Assembly (NCBI RefSeq): GCF_006345805.1
Contig: NC_042998.1
Location: 125,054,001 to 125,118,000, forward strand
DNA: 64,000 nt
Direction: 5' to 3'
DNA from: Octopus sinensis
Lineage: Eukaryota
A model generated the notes under the pieces. It was not told the DNA's origin and made no database searches. It worked only from the letters and a program-made list of their open reading frames with translations. Of this stretch, positions 42,207 through 55,614 are shown piece by piece; position 1 is the first letter of the stretch, and every line of letters starts with the position of its first letter. The position numbers and the translations under genes were made by a program.

Positions 42207-42675
42207 CATGCATGCATGCATGCATGTATGTATGTATGTATGTATGTATGTATGTATGTATGTATGTATGTATGATGTATGTATGTATGTACTGAACATG
42301 GTTACATGGAAGCTGAGAGTCTTTATAGAAGCTCGTCGTATATACAAATGTACTTGCACCTTTGTTCGTGTCTGGAGTCAGTTTTAGACCTATCTAAAAA
42401 TCGATGTTCTATATATCATATCCCTTTAATTTCTGAACCCTAAAGATCGTTAAAATAAGTAACTAAATGAAACAAGCACTTTGAACTAATTATTCTCCAA
42501 TTATACATGTGAATGGTGGGCCCCGACATGATTTGCTCTTCATTGCCTATCAAGAAGAAAAAGAATAAGAATTCGTATACATATATTTATATATATATAT
42601 ATTATATATATCGCGTGTGTATCGTTGGCGATTTTTTCCTCTGTCTCCCCTTCATTGGATCTTTCCTTTTCCTAT

Positions 42676-42710
42676 GTTTCTGACGAAGAGCTCCGCTCGA
42701 AACGTAAAAT
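42676..42710 (+). ncRNA. Minimal type I hammerhead ribozyme, core intact (third family)
   Basis: GTTT CTGACGA A GAGC TCC GCTC GAA ACGT A AAAT. GUA triplet, predicted cleavage after 42706. Lies in a roughly 200-bp element at 42617-42820. Confidence 0.72.
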
Positions 42711-43040
42711 CCTCCTTCTTTCTTTCCTTTCCTGAGCGTCCAGTAACACTGTACTTGTTCCAAGTCCTCGCGTTGTTCTGTTTTCTCTTTGTGTTTTCAT
42801 GTTTGGATTAACTTTAAAGATATATATATATATATAAAATTAGAGAGTATATTAACCTCGTGAAGGGATTGTTGCATCTAAGGAAATGCTGATTCAATAC
42901 TTAGCATTTGGGGGGAATGAAATTCCCTTAAGACAATAGGTGTATATAAAGCATATAGTTTATATCCATTTAAAAGAAGGAAAGAAAATGGAGATAAGGG
43001 AGTTAATAACTTTTCATTATTAACAAAGTGGTCATCTTCG

Positions 43041-43138
43041 CTTCTTACATCCGTTTCAATTTATATTAAATAATTTAATTACAAATTTGTACATAAAATT
43101 TACATTTATGTGACATTAATATAATTTCATCAGAGAAG
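43041..43138 (-). ncRNA. Type I hammerhead ribozyme with extended stem II, core intact (fourth family)
   Basis: CTTCT CTGATGA AATTATATTAA...TTAATATAAATT GAAA C GGAT G TA AGAAG. Stem I 5 bp, stem II 11 bp with one bulge, GUA site at 43046. Confidence 0.78.
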
Positions 43139-43514
43139 AAAGGAAGATACACCTTTGGATGTTATATGTGAAACTATCAATTCATTTCAGCACACTTTTT
43201 TTTTCTCAAATGAAATTATACTTATGTCTCATAAATGTTTATTTCATGTACAAATTATTGATTAATTGAAAGGGCAGTAAGAAGCGTAGATGACCAATTA
43301 ATAACTAACAATTATCAATCTCCTTATCTCCATTTTGTTTTCTTTAAATGTTACTTACATATTTATATATATATATATATGAATGTATGTATATGTATGT
43401 ATATATATATATATATATATATAGATATATATATATATATATATTTATTTATTATATATATATTTATTTATTTATTATATATATATATTTATTTATTTAT
43501 ATTTATATATATAA

Positions 43515-43786
43515 GGATAAGATCGATATTTAAATACCGATCTTATCAGATGGCCAGCATGGGAATAAAATCCTTTCAAAGGTAATAATTAATTAAAATT
43601 ATAATTTAAAGTATCTAAGAGATACAACCACGCTGAAAACGGCAATCAATAATTGAGTCTAAAACCACATTAAATGTTCATATAGTACTAGGATATATAT
43701 TTGTATTTATGTGCTATCTGAGTGTATTCCACTGATGAAGGTAGAGCATCTCTTATCCAAAGTCAGAAATCCGGAATCTGGAATTA
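43515..43786 (+). mobile_element. Short element bounded by two eroded hammerhead-like motifs
   Basis: Hairpin GATAAGATCG/CGATCTTATC then TGGCCA at 43516-43556. TTCCA CTGATGA...CTCTTATCC...TCCGGA..TC TGGAA at 43727-43783. Confidence 0.35.
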
Positions 43787-43929
43787 TCCAGTAATTTTTT
43801 TTTTTTTTGTAGTTTACTTTGTCTTTTTGTCAAGTATTGACTTCTATTTTCAGCGTGGTGGTATCTTTTAGATATCCTAAATTATAATATATATATATAC
43901 ATATATATATATAAAAGTATGTATTTATA

Positions 43930-43999
<70 letters not shown>

Positions 44000-44027
44000 T
44001 ATGTATATATATATATACATAGGTATG

Positions 44028-44058
<31 letters not shown>

Positions 44059-44243
44059 AAATATATATATATGTCACGGCGAATGCCAATACACACACAC
44101 ACACATATATATATATATACATACATATACACGCACATATATATATATATATATACATACATATATATACGCATATATATATACATACATATATATATAA
44201 ATATATGCATGTATATATATATATGTATATATATGTGTGTGTG

Positions 44244-44275
<32 letters not shown>

Positions 44276-44759
44276 TGTATATATATGTGTGTGTGTGTGT
44301 ATGTGTATTGGCATTCGTCGTGACTAGACGTACTTTTCATAGCTCCAGCCATTCAGTAGCCAAAGAAACACATTTCAACTCAAATCAGCAGTAACTTACC
44401 ATGTTTTTAGTCCTAGAACCCTTGAATTCTACTACTCTACTATTTTACTATCATCAGAGGATAAATTTACACAAATTTAAATACAACCTGGAGAAACAAA
44501 TATAAACCAAAACTAAACCTAAGATTAGTTCTAAAACTAGACCCTTGTGTACAGTTATTTGCTCTTGATTTGTATTAAACACACCGCTCATTCTGATTTG
44601 TACTAAATACACTGAACTCTCTCACACACACCCAGATATAACCACGCATTTCTGAATATATTTACACAAACTTTTCAGCGGTGCATTCGCGATTATACAT
44701 CAAATCATCAATAACTGAGGTACAGTGTAGTGTATAATACTGTTCTATCTGCTGAATAT

Positions 44760-46170
44760 GGCCAATAATATTCTAAAACGCCACTGGGTAGAAAGTGAAA
44801 TCAGTGCACTGACAAACACTTGGTACACTCACCATAACGATAGTGTACAAGCTAATGTCTATGGTAAAATCGCTGAAAAATTAGCGTCGCAGTCCTTTTA
44901 CAGATCGAAAACAAAATAAAAGAAATCACAACATCGTGCCATACACGCACATGGTAAAACACACACGCACATGGTAAAACTAGAAGCCATACTTGTCAAC
45001 GGACGTAACGCACCAACTGACCCAATACCAACAGGTCAGGGGTCACTTCAACGACCCGATAGCCAGCAACAAACATTGACATCGCTATCTGACCTTATTC
45101 CCTTCAACACTATCATGACAAGCCAGGACTCACTATCGCAATGACAGCCTGCTACTGCTGCTACATTGGAAGCCCCTTGTTTGGCACCACTATCCGACCT
45201 GATTCCACCCAGCCCTACAGTTGCAAGTCAGGTTTCACTGCCGCTACAGCAACAACAACAGTCTACTTCTACTACTACTACAAAAGGACCACTGACCAAT
45301 GAGCCTGCAGATATAGGAAAACCTCTACTATGCCCACGTCAAAAACCCTGTCGTTACCATTCTCAAAGCAACTGTAGATTTGACCCCAGCGGCACCAACA
45401 AGAGACGCTGTGCTTTTTTTCCATCCTACCTTATGCCGTAGACTTGTTAAGATCACCTGTCCATATGGTATAACGGGAAAGACTGCCCTCACCTCCACCC
45501 CAAGTCCATGGCCTTGATTCTAAATATGGAAGCACAAAAGGTAATGGATGCATCTTCTTCCATCTCAAACTGTGCCAAACTTCTGTGTCACTAAGGATGT
45601 GCTTGAACCCATAATGCAACTACCACCATCTGAAGGACACAAGATGATCGAAAAACAAATATAAACAGCAACAGAGGAGACCTACGACAACAGCAAAAAC
45701 AAAATACAACCACATTTTACCTCCTACAACCAAACAACGAAGACAGAGCTATGGAAAAACCATAACACCAAATAACATAAACATGAACTATATATCATCT
45801 GACCAAGTGGCAAACCAAAGAGGCAACTCTTTTTTACTAGCTTATCTAGAAAATATGAAGACCGATCTAAACTAGGAGATCCAACGAGCTATCAGCAACC
45901 ATTTATGCAAAACACAAGGAACACACACACACACAACACAGTTCCATACAAAAGCTACCCTCATTGCTACCTCTGAATAACATAAAACATAACACTGAGC
46001 TCTTATGTACGTGGCATCAACCCATCACTCATTGCCCAAAAATGGAAGATCTCTTACATAAAGAGTTGGCTTGCAGAAACGGCACATTGCTTCCCTTTCT
46101 TTATCCTTACTAAAACTCACCGAAACAACACACATATGGACGCCGAGGTGAAAATGTTAAATATGATAAT
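44760..46170 (+). mobile_element. 5' part of a decayed CR1-type LINE: ORF1 with tandem Cys/His fingers plus start of ORF2 endonuclease
   Basis: CRYHSQSNCRFDPSG...CAFF(H)P-LCRRLVKITCPYG...DCPHLHP...GCIFFHLKLCQTS...CLNP*CNYHH, then VRGINPS...WKISYIK...FILTKTH...DAEVK. Confidence 0.65.
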
Positions 46171-46496
46171 TCAAGAGATTCCCAAGATTTCATTAAAAAA
46201 CAATCCCGATCACTGCTATACTTCACCATTTAACACCCTACTACTTTCATACTACTTTCATTCCTTCTTCTTCTCCCTTCTAATTCTTCTTCTTCTTCGT
46301 CTCCACCACCTCCTTCCTAACTTTACTACTATTGCTGTTTAGAATAACACCTACGCGAATTTTATAAACAAAACATTCGAAAGAGATGCCTCAAGAATTC
46401 AATCACTACTACCATCCACAGCGGGTCACTTTCAGGGCACTTGACCATTTAACATACTACTATCATGGCACTCCCGCATTCTTATTCTTATTCTTC

Positions 46497-46538
<42 letters not shown>

Positions 46539-46876
46539 TCCTTCTCCTCCTCTCCCTACTTCTTCTTCTTCCCTACCAAGAATTCAAAACCCGGGTCCGT
46601 GCGCATCACGTCAGGTCGACGATGGGAAGGATGGCTTCCCTTTGCAAGTACTAATAGGGCACAGAAAGTGTGCCAATAGCCAGCTGGAGAAGATGTACTC
46701 CTGGGGTTACAAGCTACAGTAGCATCCACCGTTAGTGGTTAGCCACATTTAAGTGGCAACTATACTTCACATATACACACACACTCACACACATACACAC
46801 ACACACATATATATATACATACCTAAATACATATACATACATATATATACATATGTATACACACACACACACACAC

Positions 46877-46914
<38 letters not shown>

Positions 46915-47671
46915 TAGAGTTTCTAAGAAGAAAGTGAGTTTTAAAGTGTTTTTTATTACGGAATTTTAGTTAAAATTTTTTTGTAAATATATTCATGTTC
47001 ATGCGTGTATGTATGTGTGTGCGAGTCTGTGTGCATGTGTCTGTGTGTGTGTGTGTGTCTCAGTCAGAACCAACGCAAAATTTTGATGAGTAGCAGTCAT
47101 AGTAGTGTGCAATCATTTGGGGGATTTAAATTTGAACTGCTACAACAACTATACAATAAATCATTTCATTTCTTATGTCTATACTATTGATAGTTTAGTT
47201 TATTACATTGATAGATAGATACAGAGACAGAGGGGAAGAAAGATAGGTAGAATGAAAGCAGGAGGCAAAGAGAATATGGAGATGATAGAGAAAATGAAAC
47301 AGGGTGGTGGGATGGATTGTCGCAGACAAATCACAAATCGGTTTTGAAATCATTTCGCGACAATCTGTCACGTTTTGTGATGCTACATTCATGGAGTGCT
47401 TTTTACCGGAAGTAGAAGATATGACAAGAGCTCCAACCAAGTGGAAAGCCTCAGAGACAACTAGTTGCAAATGTTTTCAACATTTCAAACTGTATTTGAC
47501 ATCAAAAAGCCCGGATTAATTCTGACGATAATCCAAATAAATTGTAACATCTTGAAAGGCACAGATGATTTCAATTCATTTTATCTATGTATTTATTTTA
47601 TTTGATGTTTATTACTCACTGAACTATGTATTTATGTATTTACAAATCAATTCGACTCTTTCTCTCTCTCT

Positions 47672-47710
<39 letters not shown>

Positions 47711-47838
47711 CTCACCTCTTTCTCTGCATATACTTATACTTACACATACACACAGGTACAGACATGCATACAAATATACACAATTACGCACGCACATACA
47801 TCTCCAAACATGCATACACACACACACAAACACACACA

Positions 47839-47871
<33 letters not shown>

Positions 47872-47938
47872 CATACATACATACAACATACATACATACA
47901 TACATACATACATACATACATACATACATACTACATAC

Positions 47939-48002
<64 letters not shown>

Positions 48003-48599
48003 TATATTCTGTTAAGAAGAAACGCTATCTAGTATTCTGACTCAAGAGAGAAATTTAGCCTTTAGCTTCATTGCATGTCTATGTGTGCGTATAAAAGAAC
48101 AACAGTAATTTTGAAGGCAAAAATTTGTAAAATCTATGAATGCCTTATTTAGGCGTTTTCCCTCAGAAAGAATGTCACGAGATGTGTCTTCTTTACATGC
48201 GAAATATCAAAGTCCCTGTTGTTGAAAGAAACTAGGTAACCTTGTTTATATTTCTGTATTTATAAGAAGTAATACAAATTTTATTTAACGTGTCTAAGGT
48301 AAGCGTAGTTACATGAGGACAGAACGTTGATCGGTTTTAAATGGCAGATTGCACCTGTTTATGAGGGTAAGTTATTGAATGTGACATCTAGTGGTTTGTA
48401 AATATTGGAAAAGTTTATGCGAGATATACCGGTATTTTGAGATACATTAGAGATGCGAAAAAGTAAGATGAAGAGATCGACATCGACATATACTACAATA
48501 AAAGGTCAAATCGCAAGACTATGATTCATCATATGAAAAGTAGATGTCATTTCCTATATAACAATGTTTCCGACGTGAAATCATATGGCGAATGAAATG

Positions 48600-48880
48600 C
48601 AAATTGCTCTACCAACCTTACCGAAACGATCTTCATGGTCCAGTTCTTTTCAGAAGTTTCAAATATCAAGTAAATTCGAGTTGATGCCATTCTTCAACAT
48701 CAAGTTGAAATTCATTTGACTTCTATTGGGACATCTACACCAGCAATAAAGCCGGTAGCAACCAAATTGTTATAGCGAGAAAACACGTTCGAAGTCTTTG
48801 CTGATGTCTCAGTGTAACCCATAGCATTTTCATCAAAGTTCTCAAAAATGAGAAACCACTGCTGTCCATAACAGGGCTTC
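48600..48880 (-). mobile_element. Possible decayed DNA-transposon coding remnant
   Basis: Protein-like fragments with stops (FQLDVEEWHQ); family assignment is weak. Confidence 0.2.
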
Positions 48881-49175
48881 AAAAACAAAGGACTGATAAA
48901 CAGTGTATAGATACTTAAGGACTGCTTTTGCCACCTCTGGGGTGATTAGAGTAATGGTAATAGTCATTTATACCCACCTAAGTCGCATTCTTTGAACACC
49001 AAAGAGCGACATAAATGAGTATAAATACCCGTACATAGAAAAAGATTGAAGATGCTAGTGATCATAGAACGCACCATATGAAGAAGACCAGCTGTAAGGA
49101 TCACCTTGTAAAGTTAAAATAACCGGTGAGCTTTTTGTACACTTACACATATATATTTGTATGTGTGTGTGTATG

Positions 49176-49215
<40 letters not shown>

Positions 49216-49700
49216 CATGCGCGTCCGTATGTATGTTTGTATACACACTTTATTTCTTGTCCCACTTAAAAATGCTGGTGATCGCCTCCATATTGGATGA
49301 TATTTTGGGAATCCCATCTAAAAAGAGGTGATTACTAGCATTGTTAATCCATAAATAAAGAAAGAGGTACAAGCGTAGTTTACTCGGTTGCTTCACAACT
49401 ATACAGTTTCGGGTTCAGTCCCACAGCAGTCACCTTGGGCAATGGTTTTTACCATAACTCTGGACCGACTAATAGCTTGTGAGTGGATTTGATATATAAA
49501 AAGTCTAAGGAAACCTGTCGTATACGTCTGTGTTTGTGCACGTCTACGTATGTGCGTGTGTTAGTTGCACCAACAAATTTAGTTGGAGTTTTAAGTATTT
49601 ATTAATAATTTTACTCAGCTTCACATTGTTTAAGGGTTCATGGGCACAAAATATATCCACATCATCGGGTAACTTTCATGTGGTGTTGGATCATCTTGTG

Positions 49701-49744
<44 letters not shown>

Positions 49745-50575
49745 TTGTGCGAGTAATTGTTATTTCACCCATTTTTGTACAATAGAGAAAATGAGTAAAA
49801 ATTATCTCGTTTCTTTTCTTTTTAACACTTCTCCAAAGTAACTGACTCTAGATTATATAGTTATATTATTTCCATGCAGAAACAGGTATCATTGGACAAA
49901 CCTGTTTCTACATATTGCACGTCTTCATTAAAGATTACCAAAGCAACAGATCGTAAGTTAATTAATTCTTTCTGATTTTGGCATAAGACCAGTAATTTCG
50001 AGTGGGTGGGGGGTAAGTCGATTACACTGACCTCGGTGCACGACTGGTACTCTTTTAATGACTCTGAAAGGATGAAAATAAAATCGACTTCGGCGGTATT
50101 TGAACTCAAAACGTAAAAACTGAAAGAAATGTAACTAACCTTCTTTTGTCCAATTCGCTAAAGATTTTGCCAGCACACCGCCTTCGGTTGTAAATTAACA
50201 ATGAGAAGGAATGTGAGAGAATTAAAAACGAAAAAAAGTGAGGTAGTCACATATATGTTTAGAGATAGGAAGAAACTATTTTGAACGCACCCAATTCTTT
50301 TCCTTCTTCTGCAAAGGCAGAACTAGTTAGTAAAAAACCTACTTTAAGTGGGTTGTGGAAATTTTCGTCCATTGGCCCTTTCTTTCAGTGTCAGTCATCC
50401 TCTTTTAAACGAAGACGAAAAACAGAAGTATTAATAATTAAACTGCTTTTTTTGTGGGGATGTTTTGGTAGGGGATGCTTTACTTGCTGAGACTGGAGGA
50501 AGGGACAACACCCACAACCTTTGGAGGCCTCCGAAACCGGTGAGCTTGATTGTGTTAATATTCCATTTAAACTAG

Positions 50576-50798
50576 GGCGGCGAGCTGGCAGAATCGTTAG
50601 CACGTCGGGCGAAGTGCTTAGCAGTATTTCGTCTGCTGCTACGTTCTGAGTTCAAATTCCGCCGAGGTCGACTTTGCCTTTCATCCATGTGTGGTCGATA
50701 AATTAAGGACCAGTTACGCACTGGGGTCGATATAATCGTTTGTCTGTCCTTGTTTGTCCTCTCTGTGTTTACTCCTTGTGGGTAGTAAAGAAATAGGC
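50576..50798 (+). mobile_element. Near-intact SINE family A copy
   Basis: GGCGGCGAGCTGGCAGAATCGTTAGCAC...GAGTTCAAATTCC...GTAGTAAAGAAATAGG. Confidence 0.85.
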
Positions 50799-52679
50799 AT
50801 TTCATTCGTCTCTACTTCCTGTGTTCATCTTTCTTTTCATGATTTCGGCGTCGATAAAATAAGTACCAGTTGAGTACTGGAGTCGATGTATTGACTTACT
50901 CCCTTCCCCGAACTTGCAAGCCTTGTGCCAAAATTTGTAACCAATATTTCATTTGAACCGTTGTTTATGTAAGGAAATGCATTTGTGTTTACCAGTACAG
51001 CGAAAGGTTTTCATTCACTCTGCGCTGGCCGCCATATGGTGTATTCATAGACACTGGTTCTAAAACAACACGGAAAGATCAGTTGCGCGTAATTCGTTCT
51101 CCTAGTTGAAATGTACATATACATGTAATATTACCGATATTAAGATTGTTTCTCGTTTAGGCACAAATCCAGTAAATATAAGGGGAAGCGATTAGTCGAT
51201 TTCATCGACCACAATCCTTAACTAGTATTTTATTTTATGGACCTCAGAGGAATGAGGCAAAGTCTATCTTGGCGGAATTTGAACTCAGAATATAAAGAAC
51301 CGGAACAAATACTGCAAAACATTTTCCTTCGCTCTACTAGTTCTCCTAATCCACCAGTCTATGTGTGCCTAATACTAAAATGAAGAAACTAACTTTGGAA
51401 AATTGCTATAACACTCTTCAGTTCAAAATGAAATTTGTTGCTTTTTCCCTTGGCCAAAAACTATTAGTGATTCTTTCTCACTTTTTCATTTTTCTTTCTT
51501 TCTTTTCATCCTTCTAATTTCAAAGGAAGATTATTACTTGGATAATATTAGATTATCAACTGTTGACGAACTGGATGACAAACGACTGAAAGAGGTTCTC
51601 AGTGATCGCTCGACCTACAATAAACCTCAGCAAAATCTCTCTCTCAAACCACAAGCTACCGTCCTGTTAAAGAAAGGATGCGTTTAATAAAGTAGCCCTA
51701 GATAGATTATCCTTAAAAGAAATGGGATGGCCACGTTTGGTTATCTTTGATTACGGGTTTACTTGATCAAGTCTGAACTGGAAGTAAGCAACAGCAACAT
51801 AACGATTATATGAAGTTAGACATCACAAAATAGGAAAAGAAACCTGCTTACTTAGCAATATTTTTCGGTTCATTGTTCCCCAACACAAACATAAAAATTA
51901 CTATGAAAAAAGTATTTGTTATAATTTTATTATTTAATCACAGTTTATTGTTACTTGTGTATGTCATTTCCATTCGTAAGTCTCAAACATTGAATAATAA
52001 TTTTAAATTAATTATGATTTTCTTTATTATTTTTCTTCTTGTAGTTTGTTTTTTATAAACTAACTACGTTAGATAGCAATCTTGGTAGAAACCAGTAAAA
52101 CGGAGCAAATTAACATTTTCAAGCATTTTGTTTGTAAATCTTGTGTTTTGTTCGTTAATTTAATTCATTTATTTATAGTTTATAATTTGTTTCCTTCTCT
52201 TATTGCAAATCCACAGAAGAAAATGGTATAGAGAAAATCAAAACTAACTTGTTTTGAAATCGCCTGAGGTTCTTGTTATAGATTGTCTGTTAAAGTTTAT
52301 AACTGCATGCAAGATGTGGGTATACGCGTGTGTGTATGATATGTGTGTTTATGTGTAGACATCTCTTATGCGCGCGTGATACTGGTTATCTGACAGAGAA
52401 TGTGTTTTAAAAGAATGTACGCGCATTGGTGTATGTGTGAATGTGCTTGTGTTTACGCGCTCGCATGTGTGAGAGAGAGATTGTAAGATAGGGAATTAGC
52501 GACTGTGGGAGAAAATTTGTTTGAAAATGAGTGTTTAAGATAGAAAGTTTTAGAGATTTGAGATAGTAAAACAGAGATTGCTATGTACATAAAAACATCC
52601 ATACATCCATATGTATGTGCGTTTGTATGTGCATGTGTGTGTGCGTATGTATAATGAAAGTGCGAGAAAGCGAGAGAGA

Positions 52680-52870
52680 GAGTAGTGAAGATGGCGCAGT
52701 TCTGGAGGATGATGCTTTTGAGAAGAAAATCAATTCTCCGGTCGGTTTGTTTGCTTTTACAAGTTTTGTCTGTTGTTTCTGCTTGCTTTTTTTAGTCGTT
52801 TTTAATTTTTTTAGTTTTTCTTTCTTTTGTTTTTTACTTCGCTTAAACAGAAGGCGGGGTGGGCAAAGAA
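52680..52870. promoter_or_regulatory. Candidate core promoter / 5' region (YY1-type AAGATGGCG and GC box)
   Basis: AAGATGGCG near 52688; GGCGGGGTGGG near 52853; adjacent long (CT)n tract. Confidence 0.25.
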
Positions 52871-52977
52871 GTGGAGGGAAATTGGGTGTATTTGCTTTTT
52901 GTTTCTTTTTTGTCTGTTGCTGATCTTCCTCTCTTTCTCTCTCTCGCCCTCTCTCTCTCTCTTTCTCTCTCTCCCTA

Positions 52978-53076
<99 letters not shown>

Positions 53077-53736
53077 TCAATGATTAGGCACTAATACTTT
53101 GTGAAGTACGGGTATAGACGAGAGTTTGTCGTTGCAAGGCTACTGATCCGCATCGAGGCGACATTGTTTTGTACACAGGTCTTAGATATAGTGACTATAC
53201 GTATGTATTTATGTATGTGTGTGTGTGCGTGTGTGTGTGTGTGTTGTGTGTGTGTGTACCTATACATGCATGTGTGTGTGTAACTATCTGCCATTAAGAA
53301 TCACGTCATGCCATTGATTTATCACTGAGACAAAAAAGAACTAAAAATTTATAACGATTGTGAATGAGATGATGTGATGTGCATGCCTTTCTAAACAATT
53401 TTTGTGCTTGCGTTGTATGTATGTATGTGTGCGTGTTTCTATCTGTCACAGAAGGTTTCCAAACTAGGAACCATTATCACCTTAACCAAATAAGATTATC
53501 AATGAAGATAATCTAGAAATGTCAATATACATTATCCCCATAGATCATAAATAAAAAAAAAAACATGTTCAATCTTATGAGAATGAAGTACGACTCAGAA
53601 TAATGAGACCCCCGAGATGTAAACGATACACAAACAAGCATATAAGGCATACACTCCCATCATCAGCTGCTTAACGAGTATCACTACGGTTTCGAAAACC
53701 TGGGAAGTACCATTCAATTCGATGGTGGGAATAGCG

Positions 53737-53817
53737 TTAAAGTATAAACTCCGTCTGGGAATCAATAGACAAGCAACAGAAGCAAAACTTAGCATAATAT
53801 GCCCATGACACCAACAC
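53737..53817 (-). CDS. Candidate terminal coding exon VLVSWAYYAKFCFCCLSIDSQTEFIL*
   Basis: taatataCAG| acceptor; phase 0 matches the preceding candidate exon. Confidence 0.35.
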   Translation of the reverse strand: MLVSWAYYAKFCFCCLSIDSQTEFIL

Positions 53818-54494
53818 CTGTATATTATTATGAATAACAACATTGATTATAGACAAAATAACATTTGTTTATAGCTACAAAGCTAGAATTTTTTTTTAAA
53901 AAACAGCTTCTACAAAACAAAGAAATTCTTCCCACAAAGGAAATTGTGACCCAGAAAACTGTATTTCGAAATAGAACTAGTGAACTACTTCAAAAGATAC
54001 GAAAGACGCGACACGTTACCAAAGGGTTTTGAGCGCAGTAAATCAGTTTGACGCTCAACTACCTCCGGCGTAGTTAGACAGTCTTCATAACTCCACGTAG
54101 ACTAGAATGTGTGATATTGGTATGGAGGGAGATTTTCTTTCTTTAATCACAAGACAATAGCCCACTCTATATATATTATATATAATATATATTATTGATA
54201 CAAAAAGATGAAAATTTATCTTCATTCCAGATTGATTTGAACTCAAAAGCTTATTCACTGAAACATGAGGTGCAATCAACATACCGTCTTCGCATTCTTT
54301 TTCACATATTATAAATGTAGAGGTTGTATTGATAGATTAGCGGACATCCGACAAATAGATCGGGTTTCAGATCTTCTTCCCTGTATTAGGTATATAACTT
54401 TCGTCACTCTGGTTATAAGTTTTGACAGCCAAAATCAATCTAGTTGTAATTCCTCCCACCACGGTTCATTACTTTGTATTGCTAAATACATTAC

Positions 54495-54541
54495 CTTGTG
54501 TGCGATGAATCTGCCTGTGACAATCAACATCCATTCATTTT
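54495..54541 (-). CDS. Candidate internal exon (E)NEWMLIVTGRFIAHK
   Basis: tgtttctgtaacatttAG|47 nt|GTAATG. Only phase 1 is open, matching the upstream exon. Confidence 0.55.
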
Positions 54542-54935
54542 CTAAATGTTACAGAAACATAGTTTCTGATACATAGTTGAGTATCATATTTTAGACTCGT
54601 TGAGGTCCCAAATGGATTTTCTATCATAAACTTAAAGAATAAAGCGTTATGATTTATTTAAAGCATTGTGATATAGATGTAGAATAATGATTTTAAAACG
54701 GAGAGCTTCTTACGATACAAAAAGGAAAGATGAAAAACCTTATATATTTTAAGCACAAAGAAGAATGCAATTAAGAAATGTGAGTCTACCTAGATCCTGC
54801 TATTTGGATGGCCGTTCGGATACCCTTACTTGTCGCGACAATGATTGTTGCTAATGCCTGCTACCACCTTATCACCGACGACTACGAGGACACTACCACC
54901 AACGCAATTACTGACTACAACCACGGCATTTACTA

Positions 54936-55164
54936 CCTATTTCTTTATTACCCACAAGGGGCTAAACATAGAGAGGACAAACAAGGACAGACAAACGGAT
55001 TAAGTCGATTATATCAAACCCAGTGCGTAACTAGTACTTATTTAATCGACCCCGAAAGATTGAAAGGCAAAGTCAACCTCGGCGGAATTTGAACTCAGAA
55101 CGTAGCGGCAGACGAAATACTGCTAAGCACTTCGCCCGGCGTGCTAACGATTCTGCCAGCTCGC
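54936..55164 (-). mobile_element. Near-intact SINE family A copy, inverted relative to 50576-50798
   Basis: Close reverse-complement match. Confidence 0.85.
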
Positions 55165-55426
55165 ACCACCAACAACACCGATGTAGACAATCATCGCCAC
55201 CTCTATTACTGCCAACATGAGGTCAGCAATTTACCACCGCCCCCACCGTGGTATCTACGGCCACCAGAAAACACCATTTAGGGAGAACAACTTACTACGC
55301 ACTCACCGGACTAAACTGAACTCCCGGCTATCCAAATGACAGGATTACATAGACTCACATTTCTTAACCATATTCTTCTAATGATGGATCTTTGTAACTG
55401 AAATGTGTAAAGGTTCTTCAACTTAC

Positions 55427-55481
55427 CTTTTTGCATTGTAAGAAGCTCTTCTTCGTTTATTTTTAGTTTATTATTGTACTT
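55427..55481 (-). CDS. Candidate internal exon KYNNKLKINEEELLTMQK
   Basis: ttttaactctatAG|55 nt|GTAAGT with AAG before the donor. Only phase 0 is open. Confidence 0.55.
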
Positions 55482-55614
55482 CTATAGAGTTAAAACTTTA
55501 GGGTCAACAGGAAGAAGTTTTAGAGTTTCAGATATATAACTAATGAGAAAAAAATATTTCATTTCCCAAACGTATTGTCACTTGTATGACTGAGTTTCCA
55601 TACCGAAAATGATA

